Shown one piece after another: positions 49,733 to 56,980 of a DNA stretch of 56,980 bases. The notes under the pieces are model-generated. The model saw only the letters and a program-made list of their open reading frames with translations, made no database searches and was not told the origin of the DNA. Source of the DNA: an uncultured delta proteobacterium (lineage in GTDB: Bacteria; Desulfobacterota; Binatia; UBA9968); NCBI GenBank assembly GCA_963840855.1, contig CAWJBB010000016.1, positions 1 through 56,980 of the forward strand. The letters run 5' to 3'. The first letter of the stretch is position 1. Every line of letters begins with the position of its first letter. The translations under genes and the position numbers were made by a program.

Positions 49733-50797
49733 TCAAGCGGCACGCGGCTCCTGCTGGGTCACGCAATGGATCGCTCCCAGCCCTGCCACAACGTCCGCGC
49801 ACTGTAGGCCGACGACTTTGCGGCCTGGAAAAAGCTCCTGGAGAACACCCAGCGCTCCGGCATCGGCAGGATCGCCGAAAACCGGCGCCAGAACCAGCTC
49901 GTTGGCAATGTAAAAATTGGCGTAGCTTGCGGGCAGGCGCATCCCTTCATGGCGCAGGGGGGCGGGGGATGGGAGCGAAACGATTTCCAGTTTCCCGCCG
50001 CTCTCGTCCCGCGCCGCCAGGAGCCTCTCGAAGTTCTCCTCCAAGGGTGCGTAGTTTTCGTCCCGCGCGTTCGCTTCGCGCACGCATACCACCGTAGTGG
50101 GGCTCACGAAGCGGGCGATGTCATCGATATGGCCATCGGTGTCGTCGCCGGCGACTCCACTGCCGAGCCAGATCACCTGGTTCACGCCCAGAGTGTCCTT
50201 GAGAAACTGCTCGATCTCGCCCTGGCTCATGCTCGGATTCCGGTTTGTATTCAAGAGGCACTGCGACGTAGTCAGGCATATTCCGGCGCCGTTGACCTCG
50301 ATAGAACCGCCTTCGAGAATCACCGGATGTGCGAAGCCTGGAACGTCGAGCAGCGCGGCGATCTCCTTGGCGACTCGATCATCTTGTTCATAGGCTTCGT
50401 ATTTGCCACCCCAGCCGTTGAAAATCCAATCATTGAAAGCCAGGGGGTTTTCCTTTACGTGCCTCGTGATGAAGGTCGGACCATAGTCACGCATCCACAC
50501 GTCCACGGTGGCAATGCGCAGCAGTGAGACGTTTCTCATGACCGCGTCCCTAGCCTTGAGCCGCGCCGCCACCGCGCTTTCGGTCTGCGCATCGTTCACG
50601 AGGAGGCAGACCCGCTCGTGCGGCGCCAGCGCGACAACCATTTGCAGCCAGATTTCTTGAACCCGCTCAAGTTGCGTCGGCCAGGTCTCGCGGTTATGCG
50701 GCCAGGAAAGCCAGGTGGCGCGGTGGGGCGCCCACTCGGCCGGCATCGCGTAACCGAGCGAGCTTGGCGTCAAGTTATCGCCGTGAGCGGAGTTCAT
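49733..50797 (-). CDS. aguA: Agmatine deiminase family protein
   Basis: MPAEW, WMRDYGP, LEGGS, DTDGHID, ASYANF, GAIHCVTQQ. Confidence 0.9.
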   Translation of the reverse strand: MNSAHGDNLTPSSLGYAMPAEWAPHRATWLSWPHNRETWPTQLERVQEIWLQMVVALAPHERVCLLVNDAQTESAVAARLKARDAVMRNVSLLRIATVDVWMRDYGPTFITRHVKENPLAFNDWIFNGWGGKYEAYEQDDRVAKEIAALLDVPGFAHPVILEGGSIEVNGAGICLTTSQCLLNTNRNPSMSQGEIEQFLKDTLGVNQVIWLGSGVAGDDTDGHIDDIARFVSPTTVVCVREANARDENYAPLEENFERLLAARDESGGKLEIVSLPSPAPLRHEGMRLPASYANFYIANELVLAPVFGDPADAGALGVLQELFPGRKVVGLQCADVVAGLGAIHCVTQQEPRAA

Positions 50798-50871
50798 TCT
50801 GTTATGTTCAAGAGTTTTCGCGGCTTGCGCAAATTTTCCGGTAACCTGAAATACTCGAATACGGGGATTGA

Positions 50872-50982
50872 CTCGCGCCAAGGCGCAAAGCACGCCAAGT
50901 TCGGAAGGGAAAGATTGATAATCTTATAAACGATCTTCACCATTTTTCTCCGACCTTTGCGGCCTTGGCGTCTTTGCGCGAG
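50872..50982. repeat. CGCAAAG/CGCCAAG 8-9-bp-unit inverted-repeat element
   Basis: CTCGCGCCAAG GCGCAAAG CACGCCAAG ... CTTTGCGGC CTTGGCGT CTTTGCGCGAG. Confidence 0.75.
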
Positions 50983-51051
50983 ATATTCCTAGTTTCGGTT
51001 GCGGCGTAGCCGCGCTAGGTTCGTTGCGGTTAAGTTCTTTCTCGCATCGCA

Positions 51052-51945
51052 TCAACTCTTATCCGTTTCGAGAAAGCGCGATTGAATGGCGCCGTAGGCG
51101 TCGATGCGCCGGTCGCGTAGAAAGGGCCAGCTCTGCCGGGTCTGTTCGATCTTGCCTAGATCGCACCTGGCGAGCAGAATCTCTTCGCGGTCTCCACCCG
51201 CCCGGGCAACAATCTCGCCAAATGGGCCCGCCACGAAGGATTGGCCCCAGAATTTGATTTTCCCTTCGCGACCAACCCGGTTGACCGACGCGACGAAGAC
51301 GCCGTTGGCAACGGCGTGGGACTGCTGAATCAATTGCCAGGCGGCGCGCTGGTTTTGCGCCACCGCGCGTGGTTCGTTGGGAATCCACCCGATCGCCGTG
51401 GGGTAAAAAAGAATCTCAGCGCCGCCGAGCGCCGCGAGGCGGGCACCTTCGGGAAACCACTGGTCCCAGCACACCAGCGCTGCCACCCGGGCGTAGCGCG
51501 TGTCGAAACTGGGGAAACCGAGATCGCCAGGAGTAAAGTAAAACTTCTCGTAGTAGAGCGGATCGTCGGGGATATGCATTTTGCGGTATTTCCCGACTAT
51601 GCGCCCGTCGGCGTCGATAACCACCGCGGTGTTATGATAGACGCCGGCGGAGCGTTTCTCGAAGAGCGAGGCGACGATGACGATTTCGCTTGCCCGCGCC
51701 AACTCTCCGAGGGTTTCCGTCGTTGGCCCAGGAATGGTTTCCGCCAGCTTGAAATTCTCATGGTTTTCACTCTGGCAGAAGTAACGCGAGCGAAACAACT
51801 CTTGTAAGCAAATGATTCGCGCGCCTTTTTTCGCAGCGGCTTCGATGCGCGCTACGGCCTTGGCCAGATTGGCGCCGAGATTGTCGCCGGCGCTCATTTG
51901 AACGAGTCCAAGGGTCACGCGATTTTGCTTTTTCCTCGAGGGCAT
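51052..51945 (-). CDS. aguB: N-carbamoylputrescine amidase (carbon-nitrogen hydrolase)
   Basis: Triad E (LQELF), K (YRKMHIPDDP), C (VCWDQW); EKFYFTPGD; adjacent to aguA. Confidence 0.9.
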   Translation of the reverse strand: MPSRKKQNRVTLGLVQMSAGDNLGANLAKAVARIEAAAKKGARIICLQELFRSRYFCQSENHENFKLAETIPGPTTETLGELARASEIVIVASLFEKRSAGVYHNTAVVIDADGRIVGKYRKMHIPDDPLYYEKFYFTPGDLGFPSFDTRYARVAALVCWDQWFPEGARLAALGGAEILFYPTAIGWIPNEPRAVAQNQRAAWQLIQQSHAVANGVFVASVNRVGREGKIKFWGQSFVAGPFGEIVARAGGDREEILLARCDLGKIEQTRQSWPFLRDRRIDAYGAIQSRFLETDKS

Positions 51946-51992
51946 CGCGCTATGGGTCCTTCGTCGATGAAGTCTTTGGGGGGATGCAGTTC

Positions 51993-52028
51993 AAAAAAGG
52001 GAGAAGTGAGGCTTGCCTCGTCTTTCCC
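51993..52028 (-). terminator. Intrinsic terminator after the dienelactone hydrolase gene
   Basis: Minus strand GGGAAAGACGAGGC-AA-GCCTCACTTCTCCC-TTTTTT. Confidence 0.7.
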
Positions 52029-52047
52029 TGGTTTACCGAAGGCCTTA

Positions 52048-52770
52048 TTACTTTAGATGCTGCGCGAAAAACGCTTTAGTCTTGTCCCACGCGTCCTTTG
52101 CCGCGCCTTCATTGTAACTCATGGCCCGGTCGTCGCAGAAAAAGCCGTGGCCCGCATCCGGATAGACTTCCAACTGGAACGGCACTTTGTTCGCGGTCAG
52201 CTCGGCTTTGATCTGGTCAACATGCTCCTTAGGGATCAGTTGGTCCTTGGCGCCGAAGAAAAGATACATGGGGCACTTGATTTCCTGGGTGCGGGACAGC
52301 GGGCTCGGATTGCCCATCGGAATACCGCCGCCGTAATAAGGCACTGCGCATTTTACATCATTGGCGTGATGCGCCGCGGCTAGATAGGTAAGCCGCCCGC
52401 CCATGCAAAAACCGATCACACCGACGGAGCCTGCTTTGACGTTGCTTTGAGATTTGAGATGGGCGATGGCCGCGCCGACATCTTCCATCGCCTTGCCGTC
52501 AACTACCCGCTGCATGGCCGCGATGGCTTTGGGCATTTCCGAATAGGGAATGATACGTTCGCTCTCCCGATGGTAGATGTCCGGCGCGATGGCAACATAG
52601 CCCTCCGCGGCGATGCGGTCGGTAATCTTTTTAATATGGTCGTTGACGCCGAAAGCTTCCTGGATCACCACGACGCCTGGAAAGTTTCCGCCGTTTTTCG
52701 GCTGCGCCACGTAAGCGTCCATTTTTCCATCCGAAGTATTGAGTTGAACGGTTGAGCCGGTAACGTCCAT
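52048..52770 (-). CDS. Dienelactone hydrolase family protein
   Basis: QEAFG, GFCMGG nucleophile, YYGG, D, AGHGF. Confidence 0.9.
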   Translation of the reverse strand: MDVTGSTVQLNTSDGKMDAYVAQPKNGGNFPGVVVIQEAFGVNDHIKKITDRIAAEGYVAIAPDIYHRESERIIPYSEMPKAIAAMQRVVDGKAMEDVGAAIAHLKSQSNVKAGSVGVIGFCMGGRLTYLAAAHHANDVKCAVPYYGGGIPMGNPSPLSRTQEIKCPMYLFFGAKDQLIPKEHVDQIKAELTANKVPFQLEVYPDAGHGFFCDDRAMSYNEGAAKDAWDKTKAFFAQHLK

Positions 52771-52869
52771 AACCTGCCTCCTTCAAGGATCTGGGATAAC
52801 TTAAAGTTGCTTTTCTCTAGCAGATTTTTTTTTGCTGGTCCACACCGGCGGCAACGGTTTCGCCGAAGT

Positions 52870-53718
52870 TTAACGATGCACGCGGCAAAATTCGAGAATT
52901 CGCTCGCAAACGTTTTGGGTCGTCTGCTCCGGTGGCATGACGTTCCAAAAATCCGCCTTGGGCAATAGTTCGCGCAGATAATGCGCTCCTGAAGTCGCGT
53001 GGGACTGATCGTCCCCCGGAATGATCAGCGCCGGAGCTTTAATGCCCAAAAGTTCTTCCGGCTCCGCACCGGGCGCGGTGTCGCGGTCGAACATCGAAAG
53101 TCCGCTGGTCTTGATTATACCCAGATAGCGATCCAAATCTTGGTCCGGAAATTTTTCCGCAAAAACGCTGTCCTTGGCGATTACAGAAGCCCAGGGGCCG
53201 GCTTCCGCGTCGAGCCAAAAACTCTTTCCGGTCCGCGAGCGCTCGACGACCGCTTTAAGACCGTTCTCCTTGGCAAAATTATAGTGGCGCTGAAAGCGGC
53301 TTTGCGCGTTGCTCTTCCAGCGATAACCTCCCACCGGCCAGTGGAGCAAAAGCGCTCGGGTTCGCTCCGGATAATGAACGCCGAACGCCAAGGCTACGGA
53401 GCAGCCCATGCAGCCGCCGAGCACATAGGCGGCGTCAATTTTGAGACGATCCAGCAGCGCCGCTGCCTGCCGCGTATAGCTGGCCCAACTCAGCTGCTCG
53501 ACGCGTCCCCCGGAGCGGCCGCATTCGCGCCGGTCGTAGACGATCACTCGATGCGCCGCCGCAAAAGTGCCAAGCGCATCCATCCCCTTCCAGGCGCTCG
53601 CCTCGCGCCATTTGTCGACGGTGGCATCAAAGCCGCCGGGGGCAAACAGCAACAGCGGTGTCCCCGAACCCATGACTTCGTAGTTGATCTCCAGGCCGTC
53701 GATAGTTTCAACTGGCAT
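52870..53718 (-). CDS. Alpha/beta hydrolase with Cys at the nucleophile elbow
   Basis: INYEV.G.G.PLLL, YDRRECGRS, GGCMG. Confidence 0.8.
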   Translation of the reverse strand: MPVETIDGLEINYEVMGSGTPLLLFAPGGFDATVDKWREASAWKGMDALGTFAAAHRVIVYDRRECGRSGGRVEQLSWASYTRQAAALLDRLKIDAAYVLGGCMGCSVALAFGVHYPERTRALLLHWPVGGYRWKSNAQSRFQRHYNFAKENGLKAVVERSRTGKSFWLDAEAGPWASVIAKDSVFAEKFPDQDLDRYLGIIKTSGLSMFDRDTAPGAEPEELLGIKAPALIIPGDDQSHATSGAHYLRELLPKADFWNVMPPEQTTQNVCERILEFCRVHR

Positions 53719-53734
53719 CACACGTCTCCTTGCA

Positions 53735-53905
53735 GGGGTTCAAAGTTCAAGGTTCAATGTTCAAAGTTTGACTACCGGATCGATTAAATTTTGCGTTGGT
53801 CCGTTCATGCGAAAGCCCTCGAAGCGTTGGCGGCGATTTTCAACACAGATAAAGCCTCGCGTGCGACTCCCGAACGTTGAACCTTGAACTTTGAACGTTG
53901 AACCC
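53735..53905. repeat. GTTCAAN heptamer inverted-repeat element
   Basis: GTTCAAA GTTCAAG GTTCAAT GTTCAAA ... GTTGAAC CTTGAAC TTTGAAC GTTGAAC. Confidence 0.8.
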
Positions 53906-53906
53906 A

Positions 53907-55091
53907 TTACCCCACTGCCCTCTGGCGGCAATCGATTTCGGTGTGCGGCGCATGAAGGCCGATCCGGTCGTTGACGACGTCAAGCTCGATAATGCGATTT
54001 TTCTCAGGGTCGCGGACCAATCCCATGGGCTCGCCGCCCTGCCGGACGATTTCGATCTGTTCGCGCAGCAGTTTCCGGAGCATGATGATACCTTCGTCGC
54101 CGGCGCCGAGACGCTCCTGCGTGCGATCGGTGAGCGCGCCTTGGGTTTCCCACGCCATCGAGTCCTGCGCCGAGACCATATTCATCTTGTATGCGCGCGG
54201 GCCGGTTTTTAACGCAGTAAAGCGCCAAGGCACCGGCCGATCCGGCGGCGCGGTTTCTCCATCCGCCGGGACGAAATTGACGCGAAACACCTGCGTGTGA
54301 AAATCGTCCATGGGCACTCGAATCTGCAAATTATGGCGCTGCGCGGCGCCCTCCTCATACGGCGCTACGTGGCGCAGAACTGTCGGGAACAACAACGGAT
54401 GCTGGTCTACCATTGCCCCTTCTCCGGTGGCAAGCGGCAAAGTCGTGCGCCGCTTCTTGATGCCGTATTCGAAGCGGATGAACTCGTGCTGCTCGGCATA
54501 TTTTTTTACCCGCGGCATCAAGTGCGCCGTGTCGCCGTGCAGCCAGAATAGATGCGACGGGTCCACGGAATTCTCCATCGGCTGTAGCCAATTGCACTCG
54601 ATGATCGAATCTTTGACGATCCAGCGTTTGCCATGTTCCCAAACCAGCACATCCCAACGCGGCAACAGCGGCGCCGGCGCGGGACCGAGATAGGTATAGA
54701 GCAGTCCGCCAAGATACTCGACGGGATATGCCACATGCTTGATGCGGTCCTTGAATGTGCTGTCCGGCGGTTCCGCTGGCTGTTCGAGGCATTTGCCCGA
54801 GTGATCGAACTTCCAGCCGTGATAACAGCAGCGGATTCCTTCCCCATCCACGCGCCCGTAGGCCAGCGAAGCCGACCGGTGCGGGCAATGTTCGCCCACC
54901 AGCCCGTATTTTCCCGACCTGTCGCGGAAAACCACCAGCTCTTCATTGAGCATCTTGACGGCCTTGATCGGTTTCTCCTCCGTAATCTCGCCGGCCACCG
55001 CGACGGGGTGCCAGTAGCGTCGCAACAGTTCGCCGCACGGCGTGCCGCGACTTACTTGGGTTAGCAGTTCGTTTTCGTCACGCGTGAGCAT
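53907..55091 (-). CDS. Rieske non-heme iron oxygenase (phthalate 4,5-dioxygenase/LigX-like)
   Basis: GTPCGELLRRYW, CPHR...CCYHGW, ENSVDPSH..WLH, QDSMAWETQG. Confidence 0.9.
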   Translation of the reverse strand: MLTRDENELLTQVSRGTPCGELLRRYWHPVAVAGEITEEKPIKAVKMLNEELVVFRDRSGKYGLVGEHCPHRSASLAYGRVDGEGIRCCYHGWKFDHSGKCLEQPAEPPDSTFKDRIKHVAYPVEYLGGLLYTYLGPAPAPLLPRWDVLVWEHGKRWIVKDSIIECNWLQPMENSVDPSHLFWLHGDTAHLMPRVKKYAEQHEFIRFEYGIKKRRTTLPLATGEGAMVDQHPLLFPTVLRHVAPYEEGAAQRHNLQIRVPMDDFHTQVFRVNFVPADGETAPPDRPVPWRFTALKTGPRAYKMNMVSAQDSMAWETQGALTDRTQERLGAGDEGIIMLRKLLREQIEIVRQGGEPMGLVRDPEKNRIIELDVVNDRIGLHAPHTEIDCRQRAVG

Positions 55092-55187
55092 GGGGTTACT
55101 CCTTCAGGATGCTCCATTCGACGAAATGATGAGTCATCGGGAAACGCGCGAAGGTCACGAAACAGGGACGCGTTTGCAACATGCTCC

Positions 55188-55850
55188 CTATTTTTTGTTG
55201 AGCATCTGCTCGTAACCGAGCTTCTCCAGCATCTCAAGGCCGGAATATCCTTTGCGGATTCCGGCGGCCATCTCCTGCTCCTTTTGAAAGATAGCTTCCG
55301 CCGCCGCCACGACGTCTCCTTCTTTTTCCCGCGGAATGATAATGATGCCGCTGCCGTCGGCAAGAACGAGATCACCGGGACGGCACTGCACGCCGGCAAA
55401 CTGAATTTCTTGATTGAACGAGTCCTGCACCACGCGCCCCCGCGCCGTCATGGGCACGACGCCGCGCGCATAAACCGGGAAGCCCAAGTCCCGCGCTTCG
55501 TCGATGTCACGGCTGGCGCCGTCGATGACCACGCCGCTCAAGCCTTTTAATCGAGCCGACAGCGATAGCAATCCGCCCCAGCAAGAAAACTGCGGCTGGC
55601 CGGCGTTGTCGATGACGATAATGTCGCCGGGCTGCGCCGCTTCAATCGGAGCCGTCCCCAGATGCTGTGTCGGCTGTTGCAGACCCGCAGGCTTGATCTT
55701 CATCGTCACCGCGCGTCCGGCGATCTTCGGGCACGGCCACTGCGGCCGCACTCCCCAGGTCGCCCCTTTCAAGCCCAAACTATCCAGCGCGTCCGAAACC
55801 GCGCAGGTGTCGAGCGTCGCCAGTCGTTCGATAATCGCTTCCCGCGCCAT
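55188..55850 (-). CDS. RraA family protein / HMG-CHA aldolase-like (LigK-like)
   Basis: VSDALD, AGRAVT, WGGLL, IDGASRD, PGDLVLADGSG. Confidence 0.85.
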   Translation of the reverse strand: MAREAIIERLATLDTCAVSDALDSLGLKGATWGVRPQWPCPKIAGRAVTMKIKPAGLQQPTQHLGTAPIEAAQPGDIIVIDNAGQPQFSCWGGLLSLSARLKGLSGVVIDGASRDIDEARDLGFPVYARGVVPMTARGRVVQDSFNQEIQFAGVQCRPGDLVLADGSGIIIIPREKEGDVVAAAEAIFQKEQEMAAGIRKGYSGLEMLEKLGYEQMLNKK

Positions 55851-55906
55851 TAATTCCTCGGATATCCGTGCGCGAAAGGAGACCGGATATAGCGTTGCCA
55901 AAGCAA

Positions 55907-55944
55907 AATCTAAAACTCTAGACCCGAGACTCTGGACTCCAGAG
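55907..55944. repeat. Degenerate heptamer tandem repeat
   Basis: AATCTAA AACTCTA GACCCGA GACTCTG GACTCCA. Confidence 0.5.
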
Positions 55945-55947
55945 CCA

Positions 55948-56904
55948 TTATATCCAATACGCGAACCCCATCCCGCAACCGGTTGCCGCGGGAGAGCGGT
56001 ACGTTGTAACGTAATCCAAGTATTTCAGTTCCCGGTCTTCCATCGCCCCTGCCAAAGCAATCCAGTTGAGTATCTCCGAAGTTCCGCCCTCCAATTTTTC
56101 ACGCGGCAAACTAAAGAGCGTCTCCGGTTTCTTATTTTTCAGGCCATCGATGGTCATCGCGTCGATCTCTTCGTCGATGACGACATGGCTCAAGCCGCCG
56201 GAGGCCATCAGCGCCACGCGCTTGTCGCTTTTCCAGGACTCGATCGCCCGGCGCACCGCCTGACCGAAGGCGTAGCAGCGTTTCGGCGTCGGCTGGTTCG
56301 GCGGAAAGTAGGTATTGACCATCACCGGCACCATGGGAATCCTGCTGCCAGGCAGTACGCGCCGGTAAAGAAAACTAAACGCATGGCCCACGCCGATCTC
56401 TTTGCGCAAGCGATTGCAGCGCGCAATGTCGAAGTCTTCGCTATTCAACGAACGAATCAAATAGTTGGCCAGGTCGTCGTCGTTGGCATATTCATCGGCG
56501 GTCTCAACCCAGCCTTTGCGCTCCGCGTCTTTCCAACCCGAAGGCCGAAGGCCAGAATCGCGCACCACCGGAATCGACTTACCGTGATAAATCGCGAAGG
56601 TCGGCATGTTGTCGTCGCCGAATTGCTCATGCTGGTCGTCGCCGAAGATGACGACTACGTCGGCGTTGGCATTGCGCAGAGCATCGCCCAATTTGCCGAC
56701 GGCCTTCAGACAAGCCTGGTCGCGTTGTTCGAATTTTTCCGGCGTCAATTCTGCGTCCAATCCGGGCTTGGCCCGCTTTAATAGCCCCGGATAATCCAGC
56801 CGCGGGTCCGTTTCATCCTTTTTGAGCAAATAGGCCCAATCCTTCGCGCGAATACTCAACTGCGGACTATGCGAAGTGCCAATGCCGATTACGATTTGTG
56901 CCAT
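55948..56904 (-). CDS. Type II extradiol ring-cleavage dioxygenase, LigB superfamily, DesZ (3-O-methylgallate 3,4-dioxygenase)-like
   Basis: GIGTSHSP, GDDQ, HAFSFLYRR, NTYFPPNQP, SGGLSH, GTSEILNW, YRS..TGCGMGF. Confidence 0.85.
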   Translation of the reverse strand: MAQIVIGIGTSHSPQLSIRAKDWAYLLKKDETDPRLDYPGLLKRAKPGLDAELTPEKFEQRDQACLKAVGKLGDALRNANADVVVIFGDDQHEQFGDDNMPTFAIYHGKSIPVVRDSGLRPSGWKDAERKGWVETADEYANDDDLANYLIRSLNSEDFDIARCNRLRKEIGVGHAFSFLYRRVLPGSRIPMVPVMVNTYFPPNQPTPKRCYAFGQAVRRAIESWKSDKRVALMASGGLSHVVIDEEIDAMTIDGLKNKKPETLFSLPREKLEGGTSEILNWIALAGAMEDRELKYLDYVTTYRSPAATGCGMGFAYWI

Positions 56905-56980
56905 ATGCGCCTGACCCCCTTTCAAAGCATTCCTATACTCATCCCACAGAAATCTCTATAAGGAAATCTCCGAAGCTTCA

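Overview
A GC-rich, gene-dense bacterial chromosome segment with about 50 CDS. I recognised no rRNA, tRNA, CRISPR array, integrase or transposase. Gene content and repeat style suggest a 'Deltaproteobacteria'/Candidatus Binatia-like organism (inference, not verified). Housekeeping blocks: coaBC-DUF4416-udg-nfeD-SPFH-queA-tgt-yajC-secD-secF-recJ-yhhQ, then rluA-like, manC, trmI, a family-B DNA polymerase and cca. Accessory metabolism: ThDP enzyme, B12 radical SAM, bicupin, amidohydrolase, desaturase, aminotransferase/ALDH pair, TctA/TctB, an orphan Mo-enzyme large subunit, aguA/aguB, and a DesZ-like dioxygenase/aldolase/Rieske/hydrolase aromatic cluster. The most unusual signals are: (1) a dense set of intergenic inverted-repeat elements built from 7-bp and 9-bp tandem units, some sharing an identical 23-bp arm; (2) a PAS-HisKA-REC protein with no ATPase domain, divergent from a KUP/KimA-like APC transporter fused to a USP domain; (3) single-base frame anomalies in secD, in a probable TctA-TctB fusion, and at the polB stop; (4) a small protein resembling a DksA/TraR zinc finger. 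All calls come from motifs read by eye; no database search was run.
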